Notes under the pieces: model-generated
The model's database searches: none
What the model saw: only the letters and a program-made list of their open reading frames with translations
What the model was told of the DNA's origin: nothing
Source: an uncultured Acidobacteriota bacterium
GTDB lineage: Bacteria > Acidobacteriota > Thermoanaerobaculia > UBA5066 > Gp7-AA6
Direction of reading: 5' to 3'
DNA: 64,000 nt
Assembly: GCA_963764715.1 (NCBI GenBank)
Contig: CAVXTP010000010.1
Coordinates: 1-64,000, forward strand
Shown here: piece after piece, positions 34,258 to 43,538 of the stretch
Position numbering within the stretch: the first letter of the stretch is position 1
Layout: each line of letters opens with the position of its first letter
Made by a program: the position numbers and the translations under genes

Positions 34258-35433
34258 GTGACCGGTGGCCGGACCTCGGAAATGCTGGATCGCGCGCTCG
34301 CGGGCGAGCGCCTCTCTCCCGTGGACGCCGTGGCGCTGCTCGAGGAGGGCAACCTTCTCGCGCTCGGGGCGGCAGCCAACGAGATCCGCAACCGCCAGAA
34401 CGACCCCTCGATCGCGACCTACATCGTCGACCGGAACATCAACTACACCAACGTCTGCGTCTACCGGTGTCAGTTCTGCGCGTTCTACCGGCCGTCGGCC
34501 GAGCACCCCGAGGCCTACGTGCTCTCGCACGAGCAGATCGGCGAGAAGATCCAGGAGACGCTCGACCTCGGCGGGACGGGCGTCCTGCTCCAGGGCGGCG
34601 TCCACGCGGACCTTCCGTTCTCGTTCTACGAGGACATGTTCCGCTACATCCGGTCGACCTTCCCGACGATCCACCTCCACGCGCTCTCGGCGCCCGAGGT
34701 CTACTTCCTGCAGAAGATCACGAAGTGGCCGATGCGGGACGTCATCGCGAGGCTGAAGGACGCCGGGCTCCAGTCGATCCCGGGAGGTGGCGCCGAGATC
34801 CTCGAGGACTCGGTCCGGAAGCGCATCTGGTCGCTCACCAAGGCCCCGACGGAGAAGTGGGTCGACGTCCACGAGACGGCCCACGGCCTCGGCATGCGGA
34901 CGACGGCCACGATGATGTTCGGAGTGGGGGAGACCTACGCTCAGCGCGTCGAGCACATGCAGGTCGTGCGCGACCTTCAGGACCGGACGGGAGGCTTCAC
35001 GGCGTGGATCCCGTGGACGTTCCAGAAGGAGAACACGGAGCTCGATGGAAAGGTGGACGAGGCCGGCGGCTTCGAGTATCTGAAGACGCTTGCTGTCTCG
35101 CGCCTCTTCCTCGACAACGTCCGGCACGTCCAGGGCTCCTGGGTCACGCAGGGCCCGAAGATCGGCCAGGTCTCTCTGTCGTTCGGCGGCGACGACCTCG
35201 GCTCGATCATGATCGAAGAGAACGTCGTCTACGCCGCCGGCGCCCGGAACCGGATGACCCAGGACGAGATGCGCCGGATCATCTCGGACGCCGGCTACAC
35301 GCCCGTCCAGCGCCGCACCCTCTACGACGCCTGCAAAGACCCCTGCTGCACCGCCCCCATCCCGCAGCCGAAACCGCGCGCGGGTCTACCCGTCCACGGC
35401 TCCGACCTCGACTCTTCTCTCGCCTCGGCCTGA
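34258..35433 (+). CDS. mqnC: Cyclic dehypoxanthinyl futalosine synthase (radical SAM)
   Basis: DRNINYTNVCVYRCQFCAF, SIPGGGAEIL, QGSWVTQG, GSIMIEENVV. Confidence 0.9.
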   Translation: MTGGRTSEMLDRALAGERLSPVDAVALLEEGNLLALGAAANEIRNRQNDPSIATYIVDRNINYTNVCVYRCQFCAFYRPSAEHPEAYVLSHEQIGEKIQETLDLGGTGVLLQGGVHADLPFSFYEDMFRYIRSTFPTIHLHALSAPEVYFLQKITKWPMRDVIARLKDAGLQSIPGGGAEILEDSVRKRIWSLTKAPTEKWVDVHETAHGLGMRTTATMMFGVGETYAQRVEHMQVVRDLQDRTGGFTAWIPWTFQKENTELDGKVDEAGGFEYLKTLAVSRLFLDNVRHVQGSWVTQGPKIGQVSLSFGGDDLGSIMIEENVVYAAGARNRMTQDEMRRIISDAGYTPVQRRTLYDACKDPCCTAPIPQPKPRAGLPVHGSDLDSSLASA

Positions 35434-35445
35434 CGGACATCCCGA

Positions 35446-35470
35446 GGGCGGCCACAAGGGCCGCCCCTAC
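35446..35470 (-). repeat. GTAG-family REP-like palindrome
   Basis: Minus strand GTAGGGGCGGCCCTTGTGGCCGCCC. Confidence 0.8.
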
Positions 35471-35491
35471 ATCCCGGAGCGCCGTCCCTGC

Positions 35492-35607
35492 ATCATCCGC
35501 CGCGGGAGCGGGAGCGTGGCGAGGGGTCAGGCTCGCGGTCGAGCCCACAGGCGAGCCGCGAGCCGGTGCGCCGAAGGCGCAGACCCTGAGGTAGCTCCCG
35601 CGACGGT
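35492..35607 (+). repeat. Structured intergenic repeat element, copy 3 of 3 (shorter variant lacking one hairpin)
   Basis: GAGGGGTCAGGCTCGCGGTCGAGC...GCGAGCCGCGAGCCGGTGCGCCGAAGGCGCAGACCC aligns to the other copies; closing stem 35497-35509/35594-35606. Confidence 0.82.
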
Positions 35608-36891
35608 CTAGTAGTACGGCTCGAACGCCCAGAACACCGTTTCCGACAGGCGCTTGGTCAGGCCGCGGTGCTTCCACTCCGCGTAGGTGATCTGGTCGCA
35701 GCGGGCGCGATCCTTCTGGAACATCGCCTCCACCTTCCGGGCGAAGTCCTTGTCGTAGAAGGCGAGGCTTTCCTCGGCGTTCTTGCTCATCGAGCGAGCG
35801 CTGAAGTTGATCGAGCCGATCGTGGAGTAGATCCCGTCGACGACCATCGTCTTGTTGTGCAGCATCGTCGGCTCGTACTCCCAGATGTGCACGCCCGCCT
35901 CGAGCAGCTCGCCGTAGTGGCTCCAGGACGCCTGGCGCACCATCGGCAGGTCGATGTTCCGGCCCGGAACCATGATCTGGACGTCGACGCCCCGTTTCGC
36001 GGCGTCGACGAGGGCCTGGCGCACCTGCGTGTCCGGCAGGAAGTAGGCGTTCTGGATGTAGATGCTGCGGGTCGCGCTCTCGATCGCGACGTAATAGAGC
36101 ATCTTCGACAGGGACGTCGCGTCGCCGAGGGACGCCTTGACCGCCTGGGCGAGCGTCGAGCCGGCGGGCTCGATGGCGGGGTAGTAGGTCGGGCCGGTGA
36201 GGATCTCGCCGGTCGTGAAGGTCCAGTCCTCGCTGAAGATCGCCTGCATCTGCGCGACGACCGGGCCTTCGACGCGGACCTGCGTGTCGCGCCACTCATT
36301 CGTGTTCCGGGCGTCCCCGAGCCAGCGTTCGTCGATGCCGAGACCGCCCGTGTACGCGATGCGGCCGTCGACCACCAGGATCTTGCGGTGCGTGCGCCGT
36401 CCGATCTTGTGGATCGAGAGGGGGTGCACCGGGCGGTACTTGCGCGCCACGACGCCCGCGTCGTCGAACTCCTTCTTGAGCTCCTTGAACTTGCTCCCCC
36501 AGGCGTCCACGAGGAGGCGCACCTCGACGCCGTTGTGCGCCGCCGCGATGAGCGCGTCCGCGATCAACCGGCCGGCCCGGTCGGGCTGGAAGATGTAGGT
36601 CTCGAGATTGACGGTCTTCTTCGCCTGGCGGATGTCCCGGACCATGGCCGGGAAGATTTCGTCCCCGTTCTCGAGCAGCGTGGCGGAGTTGCCCCCGACC
36701 ATCGGGCTGCCGAGGGCCTCGGCGGAGCGCCGGAAGGCGGGGTCGGTGACCTTGAGGCCGCGGTCGAGCTCGTAGTCCTGCCGCTTCTCGCGGCCCGTGA
36801 TCACCGTCGTGATCGAGCAGGCCGAGCTGCCGGAGAGGGCCAGGATCAGGGCGAGCGCGCGGACGAGCCGCCCGTGCAGGGGTCTTCGCAT
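35608..36891 (-). CDS. Phospholipase D / cardiolipin synthase family protein, probable lipoprotein
   Basis: Two HKD motifs (HRKILVVDG, HNKTMVVDG); lipobox-like SSAC after a hydrophobic stretch. Confidence 0.9.
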   Translation of the reverse strand: MRRPLHGRLVRALALILALSGSSACSITTVITGREKRQDYELDRGLKVTDPAFRRSAEALGSPMVGGNSATLLENGDEIFPAMVRDIRQAKKTVNLETYIFQPDRAGRLIADALIAAAHNGVEVRLLVDAWGSKFKELKKEFDDAGVVARKYRPVHPLSIHKIGRRTHRKILVVDGRIAYTGGLGIDERWLGDARNTNEWRDTQVRVEGPVVAQMQAIFSEDWTFTTGEILTGPTYYPAIEPAGSTLAQAVKASLGDATSLSKMLYYVAIESATRSIYIQNAYFLPDTQVRQALVDAAKRGVDVQIMVPGRNIDLPMVRQASWSHYGELLEAGVHIWEYEPTMLHNKTMVVDGIYSTIGSINFSARSMSKNAEESLAFYDKDFARKVEAMFQKDRARCDQITYAEWKHRGLTKRLSETVFWAFEPYY

Positions 36892-36930
36892 CGAAGACCT
36901 CTCAGTTCAAGAAGCGTGCCCGAAGCCGGG

Positions 36931-37971
36931 TCAGGGTCGGGAGGAGGCCGACGGTGCCGTCCGGTGGAGGCCGCCCTGGCGGTCGCGCTCCCAGCAGGAG
37001 CCGGCCCAGAGTCCGAGGATGAAGAGCACCACGCCGCCGATCGCGCGGAGCATCACGCGGGTCCGGCGGTGCTTCCAGGGTGGCTCCGTGCGGAACTGAA
37101 CCCGCTCGGCGGCCTTGGAGATCCGTTCGGCCTGCCAGGCCCGCAGGTCGAGGAGAAGGTCCCGGGCGGACTGGTAGCGGTCGGCCGGGTCCTTCTCCAG
37201 CGCCCGGAAGACGAACGACCGCAGCGCGTCGGGGATCTTCTCGGTCTCCGCGTGGCTCGTGGGGTCGTCCCGCAGCACGGCTCCCAGGGTCTCGACCGGA
37301 GTCTCGCGGACGAAGGCCCGCCGGCCCGTGAGCATCTCGTAGAAGGTCGCGCCGAGCGAAAAGATGTCGGTGCGCGCGTCGATGGGCTTGCCGCGGACCT
37401 GCTCCGGGGACATGTAGCCGGCCGTGCCGACGAGGAACTGGGAGCTCGTGTGGGTGCTTCGCGGCCCCGCGATGCCCGGCGTGCGCGCCGGCTGCTCGAT
37501 GCGCGCGATGCCGAAGTCGAGGATCTTGGCCCGGCCCTCGTTGGTCAGGAAGATGTTGTCCGGCTTGATGTCGCGGTGGATGATCCCCCGCAGGTGCGCC
37601 GCCGCGAGCCCGTCGGCGACCTGCGCCGCGATGTCGACCGCCTTCTCCGGGGCGATCGGGCCGCTCCGGAGGCGCTCCGCGAGGGACTCGCCCTGGAGGA
37701 GCTCGGTGACGGCCCACGGGATCGCGCGGAACGAGCCCGTGTCGTGGATCGCCATGATGTTGGGGTGGTTGAGCGCCGCGACGGCCCGCGTTTCCCGGTC
37801 GAAGCGGGCGAGGCTGTCGGCGTCGTGCGCGGCCGCGTCGGGCAGCATCTTCAGCGCGACCTCGCGGCTGAGGCGGTTGTCCCGGGCCCGGTAGACCTCC
37901 CCCATCCCGCCCCGCGCCAGCGGCGCCAGGATCTCGTAGGGCCCGATCTGTTCTCCGGTCTCCAGGGACAT
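36931..37971 (-). CDS. Ser/Thr protein kinase with C-terminal TM helix
   Basis: ARGGMGEVY, HRDIKPDN, DFGIAR, GTAGYMSPE. Confidence 0.93.
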   Translation of the reverse strand: MSLETGEQIGPYEILAPLARGGMGEVYRARDNRLSREVALKMLPDAAAHDADSLARFDRETRAVAALNHPNIMAIHDTGSFRAIPWAVTELLQGESLAERLRSGPIAPEKAVDIAAQVADGLAAAHLRGIIHRDIKPDNIFLTNEGRAKILDFGIARIEQPARTPGIAGPRSTHTSSQFLVGTAGYMSPEQVRGKPIDARTDIFSLGATFYEMLTGRRAFVRETPVETLGAVLRDDPTSHAETEKIPDALRSFVFRALEKDPADRYQSARDLLLDLRAWQAERISKAAERVQFRTEPPWKHRRTRVMLRAIGGVVLFILGLWAGSCWERDRQGGLHRTAPSASSRP

Positions 37972-38012
37972 TGGCATAAGGATATCCGGGTCTCGGCTAC
38001 ACTGGCGGAGGA

Positions 38013-38507
38013 ATGGAGATCTGGCTCCTGCGGCACGCCTCCGCGGAGGACCACGCCGACTCCGGGAAGGACGCCGACCGGACCCTGACGGAGGACGGCC
38101 ACAAGCGCGCGCGCGAGGTCGCCCGCGGGCTCGCCGAGCTCGAGCCGGGCATCGAAATGGTCCTGACCTCGCCCTACGTGCGGGCCCGCCAGACCGCGGA
38201 GCCGGCGGCGCGCGCGCTGCACCTCCAGGACAGGCTCCGCGAGACGCAGGCGCTCGAGCCTTCGAGCGAGCCGGAGGAGATCCTCGAGGAGGTCCGGGCG
38301 GAGAAGGTCGAGGCGATTCTGCTCGTGGGCCACGAGCCCCACCTCGGAGCCCTCCTCGGGCGTCTCGTGGCGGGCCGGCCGGGCCTCGAGATCCCCATGC
38401 GCAAGGCTGCCGTCGCCCGCGTGAGCTGGTCGGGCTCGGGGGCCGGGACGCTGCGCGCGCTCCTGCCCTCGAAGGTCCTCGCCCGGATCGGCGCGGGGAA
38501 GAGCTGA
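38013..38507 (+). CDS. sixA: Phosphohistidine phosphatase SixA
   Basis: LLRHA, DRTLT, TSPYVRARQTA, LVGHEP. Confidence 0.88.
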   Translation: MEIWLLRHASAEDHADSGKDADRTLTEDGHKRAREVARGLAELEPGIEMVLTSPYVRARQTAEPAARALHLQDRLRETQALEPSSEPEEILEEVRAEKVEAILLVGHEPHLGALLGRLVAGRPGLEIPMRKAAVARVSWSGSGAGTLRALLPSKVLARIGAGKS

Positions 38508-38520
38508 GGCCGACGAAAGA

Positions 38521-38545
38521 GTAGGGGCGGCCCTGGCGGCCGCCC
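38521..38545 (+). repeat. GTAG-family REP-like palindrome
   Basis: GTAGGGGCGGCCCTGGCGGCCGCCC; degenerate partner at about 38572-38596. Confidence 0.78.
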
Positions 38546-38657
38546 GTCCCAGCGCGGACACGACGGGGGCCGGGAGAGCGCCCTCGCGGCCGCCCGTATC
38601 CGGTATCATCCGCATCCGTTTCGTCGTCGCCGGAATGTCGCTCGAAGGAGGAACCGC

Positions 38658-39299
38658 ATGGGCAAGCTCGGGCTCGGGTGTCTCGCGATCCTCGTCATCC
38701 TCGTCGTCATCCTCGGCATTTCGTTCGCCGGGACCTACAACAAGCTCGTGACCAAGGGCCAGGACGTCGACCGCTCCTGGTCGGAAGTCGAGAACCAGTA
38801 CCAGCGGCGCGCCGACCTCATCCCGAACCTCGTCTCGACCGTCCAGGGCGCGGCGAACTTCGAGAAGGAAACCCTGACGGCGGTGACCGAAGCGCGGGCC
38901 TCGGTCGGCCGCGCGACCATCACGCCGGGCAAGGCGCCGGCCGACGCCGAGACGCTCGCCCGCTTCCAGCAGGCGCAGGACCAGCTCGGCTCCGCGCTCC
39001 AGCGGCTCCTCGTCGTGTCGGAGCGCTATCCGGAGCTCAAGGCCAACCAGAACTTCCGCGACCTCCAGGCGCAGCTCGAGGGCACCGAGAACCGGATCAC
39101 GGTCGCCCGCCAGCGGTTCAACGAGTCGGCCCAGGACTACAACACCGTCCTGAAGAAGTTCCCGACCAACCTGATCGCCGGCTTCCTCGGGTTCAAGGAG
39201 AAGCCGTACTTCAAGGCGATCACGCCGGGGGCGGAGCAGGCGCCCAAGGTGCAGTTCGACTTCAACAAGCCGGCGCCGACCGCGGTGCCGGCGCAGTAG
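38658..39299 (+). CDS. lemA: LemA family protein
   Basis: QRRADLIPNLV, ERYPELKAN, LEGTENRI; AAGGAGG SD. Confidence 0.95.
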   Translation: MGKLGLGCLAILVILVVILGISFAGTYNKLVTKGQDVDRSWSEVENQYQRRADLIPNLVSTVQGAANFEKETLTAVTEARASVGRATITPGKAPADAETLARFQQAQDQLGSALQRLLVVSERYPELKANQNFRDLQAQLEGTENRITVARQRFNESAQDYNTVLKKFPTNLIAGFLGFKEKPYFKAITPGAEQAPKVQFDFNKPAPTAVPAQ

Positions 39300-39304
39300 G
39301 GAAT

Positions 39305-39339
39305 CCGTAAGCCGTAAGCCGTAAGCAGTAAGCAGTAAG
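39305..39339. repeat. Heptamer tandem array (CMGTAAG)x5
   Basis: ccgtaag ccgtaag ccgtaag cagtaag cagtaag. Confidence 0.9.
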
Positions 39340-39342
39340 CCG

Positions 39343-40149
39343 GTGACAGTCTCAGGCCGGGGGGCGCGGCGGGCAATTGCTCTGGCGGCGCTGGCCGTTC
39401 TCGTCGCCGGGATCGCGCTCGCCGACCGCTACGACGAGCAGATCCCGGAGAAGCCGCAGCGGTACGTCACCGACCGTGCCGGGGTCTTCGGCCCCGGCGA
39501 GGCCGAGGCCCTGAACGCGAAGCTCGAGCAGTTCGAGCGCGACACCTCCAACCAGCTGCTCGTGTGGGTCGACCGGAAGCTCCCCGAGGGCTTCACGCTC
39601 GAGGACTTCACCGTCCGGGCCGGGCAGAAGTGGGGCGCGGGGCAGAAGAAAGAAGACAACGGCGCCATCCTCTTCGTCTTCACGGAGGACCGGAAGGTCC
39701 GCATCGAGGTCGGCTACGGGCTCGAAGGCGCGATCCCCGATGCGATCGCGAAGCGGATCATCGAGGAAGAGATCGTGCCCCGCTTCCGCGAGGGCAACTA
39801 CCCGCGGGGGATCGAAGCGGGCGCGGAGGGGATGATGGCGGCGGCCAGGGGCGAATATCGCGGGACCGGCCGCACCGTGGACGAGGGGCGCCGGGGCCGC
39901 CAGGGCCAGCTCTCGGGCTGCGCGGTCGCGGCGATCTTCTTCGGCGTTTTCATCCTGCTCCCGATCCTCAACCGGACCCGGCGCGGTTTCCGCACGCACG
40001 GCGGCCGGGGCTGGTGGACGGGCGGCGGAGGCTGGGGCGGGGGCTGGGGAGGCGGAGGCTTCGGCGGGGGAGGCTTCGGCGGGGGCGGAGGCGGCTTCTC
40101 GGGCGGAGGCGGCTCCTTCGGCGGCGGCGGCGCCTCGGGGAACTGGTAG
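39343..40149 (+). CDS. TPM domain protein (YgcG-like) with Gly-rich tail
   Basis: VTDRAG, RIEVGYGLEGAIPD, GGGGSFGGGGASGNW. Confidence 0.92.
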   Translation: MTVSGRGARRAIALAALAVLVAGIALADRYDEQIPEKPQRYVTDRAGVFGPGEAEALNAKLEQFERDTSNQLLVWVDRKLPEGFTLEDFTVRAGQKWGAGQKKEDNGAILFVFTEDRKVRIEVGYGLEGAIPDAIAKRIIEEEIVPRFREGNYPRGIEAGAEGMMAAARGEYRGTGRTVDEGRRGRQGQLSGCAVAAIFFGVFILLPILNRTRRGFRTHGGRGWWTGGGGWGGGWGGGGFGGGGFGGGGGGFSGGGGSFGGGGASGNW

Positions 40150-40155
40150 GTCGGC

Positions 40156-40584
40156 ATGGCGCGCCATTTTTCGGATTTCGACTCGGACCGCATCGTGCAG
40201 GCGATCGCCTCGGCCGAGGGACGGACCTCCGCCGAGATCCGCGTCCACGTGACCCGCCGCGTGCCGAAGGACCTCGAGGAGCGCGCCCTGCGGCGCTTCC
40301 ATCTGCTGGGCATGACGAAGACCGCCGAGCGAAACGGCGTGCTGATCTACATCGCTCCGCGCGCGCGGAAGTTCCGCGTGCTCGGAGACGTCGCGATCCA
40401 CGAGAAGGCCGGCCAGGACTTCTGGACTGGGGTCGCCGGCGCGCTCGAAGAGCGATTCCGCAAGGGCGAGTTCACCGAAGGGGTCCTCGACGCCATCGGG
40501 CGCGTGGCGGAGAAGCTGGCGAGGCACTTTCCCCGCCGCCCGGACGACCGCGACGAGTTGCCGAACACGCTCGACGTAGACTGA
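40156..40584 (+). CDS. TPM domain protein
   Basis: AEGRTSAEIRVH, RNGVLIY, HFP...DELPN; usual lemA-TPM-TPM cluster. Confidence 0.9.
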   Translation: MARHFSDFDSDRIVQAIASAEGRTSAEIRVHVTRRVPKDLEERALRRFHLLGMTKTAERNGVLIYIAPRARKFRVLGDVAIHEKAGQDFWTGVAGALEERFRKGEFTEGVLDAIGRVAEKLARHFPRRPDDRDELPNTLDVD

Positions 40585-40617
40585 GATTTCTCGCTAAGTC
40601 GTTGATCCTGTGAGGGG

Positions 40618-40645
40618 TTGACATTGGCCGGGAAACCTTTATGAT
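40618..40645 (+). promoter_or_regulatory. Putative sigma70 promoter of rplU-rpmA
   Basis: TTGACA-N16-TATGAT, 10 nt upstream of ATG 40656. Confidence 0.7.
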
Positions 40646-40655
40646 TCGCCGCTCT

Positions 40656-40982
40656 ATGTACGCCATCGTCCGCACCGGCGGGAAACAGCTGAAGGTCGCC
40701 GCCGGCGACGTCGTCCGGATCGAAAAGCCGGCCGCCGACAAGATCTCCAAGGGGGAGAAGCTCGTGCTTTCCGGGACGAGCGTCATTCTCGTTTCGGGTG
40801 ACGAAGGCGTCCGGACCGGCGCCGCCGCCCTCAAGGGCGTGACCGTGCAGGCCAAGGTCCTCGGGACCGTGCGCACCCGCAAAGTCCTGGTCTTCAAGAA
40901 GAAGCGGACCAAGCAGTACCGCCGCACGAAGGGTCATCGCCAGACGATGCTCGAAGTGCGGATCGAAGCGATCGAAGGCTGA
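40656..40982 (+). CDS. rplU: 50S ribosomal protein L21
   Basis: MYAIVRTGGKQ...KGHRQ. Confidence 0.97.
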   Translation: MYAIVRTGGKQLKVAAGDVVRIEKPAADKISKGEKLVLSGTSVILVSGDEGVRTGAAALKGVTVQAKVLGTVRTRKVLVFKKKRTKQYRRTKGHRQTMLEVRIEAIEG

Positions 40983-40996
40983 GCAGGTAACTTCAC

Positions 40997-41254
40997 ATGG
41001 CACACAAAAAAGGACAGGGCTCTTCCCGCAACGGCCGCGACTCCAACTCCCAGCGCCTGGGAGTGAAGGCGTTCGGCGGCCAGAACGTTCCCGGCGGGAC
41101 CATCCTCGTGCGCCAGCGCGGGACCAAGTTCTTCCCGGGCGTCAACGTCGGCCGCGGCAAGGACGACACCCTCTTCGCCAAGATCTCGGGCATCGTGCGG
41201 TTCCACGACAAGGGCCGCCTCGGCCGCCGCATCTCGATCGAGCCGGCCGCGTAG
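40997..41254 (+). CDS. rpmA: 50S ribosomal protein L27
   Basis: [16 protein letters not shown]. Confidence 0.98.
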   Translation: MAHKKGQGSSRNGRDSNSQRLGVKAFGGQNVPGGTILVRQRGTKFFPGVNVGRGKDDTLFAKISGIVRFHDKGRLGRRISIEPAA

Positions 41255-41328
41255 CAGTCCGCAAGTCCTGCGGGCTTCGAGTCGCATACGAAAAGCGACA
41301 ACCCGCAAGCAGCTTGCGCGCTTCGACG

Positions 41329-41418
41329 GGGGTCAGGTCTTCGATTTTCGGAGTTCTGGTTCTTGCGCGGCGTTATGGTGAGATCGTTGGAACTCCGAAA
41401 ATTCGAACACCTGACCCC
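41329..41418. repeat. 90 bp element with ~28 bp imperfect terminal inverted repeats (GGGGTCAG family)
   Basis: GGGGTCAGGTCTTCGATTTTCGGAGTTC ... GAACTCCGAAAATTCGAACACCTGACCCC. Confidence 0.85.
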
Positions 41419-41454
41419 GGGCTCGGCCCAACCGGCTGATTCCAGACACCGCTG

Positions 41455-42489
41455 ATGTTCATCGACACCGCCGAGATCTTCGTCAAGGCCGGCGACGGCG
41501 GCAACGGCTGCATCGCCTTCCGGCGCGAGAAGTTCGTCGCCAAGGGCGGGCCCAACGGCGGCGACGGCGGGCATGGCGGGTCGGTCTGGGCCGTCGCCGA
41601 CCCGGCGTACAACACGCTCTACCACCTGCGCCACCAGAGCCACTACCGCGCAGAGCGCGGAGAGCACGGCATGGGCTCGAATTGCCACGGCAAGACCGGG
41701 GCGGACGTCGAGGTCCACCTGCCGCTCGGCTCCGTCGTGACCGACAAGGAGAGCGGCGAGCTCGTCGCCGATCTCGTGACGGCGGGGGAGCGGGTCCTCC
41801 TCGTCAAGGGCGGCAACGGCGGGTGGGGCAACCAGCACTTCGCGACCCCGACGCGCCAGGCGCCGCGCTTCGCCAAGCCGGGGCTGCCCGGCGAGGAGCG
41901 GCATCTGGCGATCGAGCTCAAGCTCCTCGCCGACGTCGCGATCATCGGCTTTCCCAACGCCGGCAAGTCCACGCTCATCTCGGCGATCTCGGCCGCGAAG
42001 CCGAAGATCGCCGACTACCCGTTCACCACGCTCGTGCCGCACCTCGGCGTCGTGACGTCGCACGACGCGCGCACGCTCGTCGTGGCCGACATCCCGGGGT
42101 TGATCGAGGGCGCCCACCACGGCGCGGGTCTCGGGCTCCAGTTCCTGAAGCACGTCGAGCGCTGCCGGCTCCTGTGCCATCTCGTCGACGCCTCCGGTTC
42201 GGGCGACGCCGAGGCGGACGTCGCGACGATCGAGGGCGAGCTCGCGGAGTTCTCGAAGGAAGTCTCCGAACGCCCGCGCGTGATCGTCGCCTCCAAGGTC
42301 GACGCGGTGTCGGATCCGGAGCGCCTGGCGTCGATCCGCCGGGCCGCCGGGCGACGGGGTCTCCCGTTCTTCGAGATCTCGGCCGCCACGCACGCGGGGC
42401 TCCCGGAGCTCGTCGCGCACCTGTTCCACCAGGTCACCCGGCCCGTCGAGCCGAAAGTCGAGCCTCCGCCCGCCCCCGCGGCGCCGTAG
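41455..42489 (+). CDS. obgE: GTPase Obg/CgtA
   Basis: [36 protein letters not shown]. Confidence 0.97.
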   Translation: MFIDTAEIFVKAGDGGNGCIAFRREKFVAKGGPNGGDGGHGGSVWAVADPAYNTLYHLRHQSHYRAERGEHGMGSNCHGKTGADVEVHLPLGSVVTDKESGELVADLVTAGERVLLVKGGNGGWGNQHFATPTRQAPRFAKPGLPGEERHLAIELKLLADVAIIGFPNAGKSTLISAISAAKPKIADYPFTTLVPHLGVVTSHDARTLVVADIPGLIEGAHHGAGLGLQFLKHVERCRLLCHLVDASGSGDAEADVATIEGELAEFSKEVSERPRVIVASKVDAVSDPERLASIRRAAGRRGLPFFEISAATHAGLPELVAHLFHQVTRPVEPKVEPPPAPAAP

Positions 42490-42499
42490 ACTCCCGCTG

Positions 42500-43105
42500 A
42501 TGCGCATGGGAATCTTTGGCGGAACCTTCGACCCGGTCCACAACGGCCACGTCCTCCCGGTCGAAGCGGCCGCGATGAAGTTCCAGCTCCGCCGCGTGAT
42601 CTACGTCCCGGCGCGCCTCTCGCCCCACAAGCACGCAGCCCCGACCGATCCGCGGCACCGCGTCGCGATGCTCGCGCTGGCGATCCAGAACCGGCCGGAC
42701 TGGACGATCGACCTCGAAGAGCTCGACCGCGAGCCGCCCTCGTACACCATCGACACGCTCGCTTCGATCCAGGCCCGCCATCCCGGCGACGAGCTCTGGC
42801 TCCTCATGGGCACGGACCTCCTCGCCGGTTTCGACCGGTGGAGGCAGCCCGAAGACATCCTGAAGATCGCGCGAATCGCGGCCTTTCACCGGGAGCCCTA
42901 CGTCGGGGAACGGCTCGAGATCCCGAAAGTCGCGGGCCTCGCGGATCGACTGTCCGTTTTCGACGCCGGATCGGTTAGAATCTCTGCGACGGCGATTCGG
43001 AACGATCTCGCGGCCGGACAGGGCCTCGGGGGGCGGGTTCCGGGGCCGGTCGCGGAGTACATCACGAAGCACGGTCTCTACAAGCCGGGGACGCTCGAAC
43101 GTTGA
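42500..43105 (+). CDS. nadD: Nicotinate-nucleotide adenylyltransferase
   Basis: GGTFDPVHNGH, SYTIDTL, ISATAIR. Confidence 0.95.
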   Translation: MRMGIFGGTFDPVHNGHVLPVEAAAMKFQLRRVIYVPARLSPHKHAAPTDPRHRVAMLALAIQNRPDWTIDLEELDREPPSYTIDTLASIQARHPGDELWLLMGTDLLAGFDRWRQPEDILKIARIAAFHREPYVGERLEIPKVAGLADRLSVFDAGSVRISATAIRNDLAAGQGLGGRVPGPVAEYITKHGLYKPGTLER

Positions 43106-43485
43106 AACCCGGCTTTTCGGCCCAGGACAAAGTCCGGGAAGGTCTCACCGCGGCTCTCGACCGCAAAGCCGCCGCCGTCCTCGTCTTCAACCTCACGGAG
43201 CTCACGACGATGGCGGAGTACTTCGTGCTGTCCACGGCGAGCTCGGACCGCCAGGCCCGCGCCATCGCCGACGCCATCGCCGAGAAGCTCGGCCCGGCGA
43301 GCTCGGTCGAGGGCCTCGCCGCCGCGCACTGGATCCTGATGGATTACGGCGACGTCGTCTTCCACGTGTTCCAGGAGGAGGCGCGCAAGTTCTACGCGCT
43401 CGAGCGCCTCTGGGGCGACGCGCCCGACGAGACCGGTGTCTTCGGACGGAGGCTCGAAGCCGCCGACGGGAGCTCGCGGATTTGA
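43102..43485 (+). CDS. rsfS: Ribosome silencing factor (Iojap)
   Basis: WILMDYGDVVFHVF, FYALERLW. Confidence 0.93.
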   Translation: MKPGFSAQDKVREGLTAALDRKAAAVLVFNLTELTTMAEYFVLSTASSDRQARAIADAIAEKLGPASSVEGLAAAHWILMDYGDVVFHVFQEEARKFYALERLWGDAPDETGVFGRRLEAADGSSRI

Positions 43486-43538
43486 GGCGGCCCCTCGACG
43501 GGGCCGAACGAGTTTAACGGTCGCGCTCGCGGCATCCC

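Noticed and set aside
40020-40140. GGC/GGA-rich low-complexity tract
   Set aside because: Encodes the standard Gly-rich tail of YgcG/TPM proteins.
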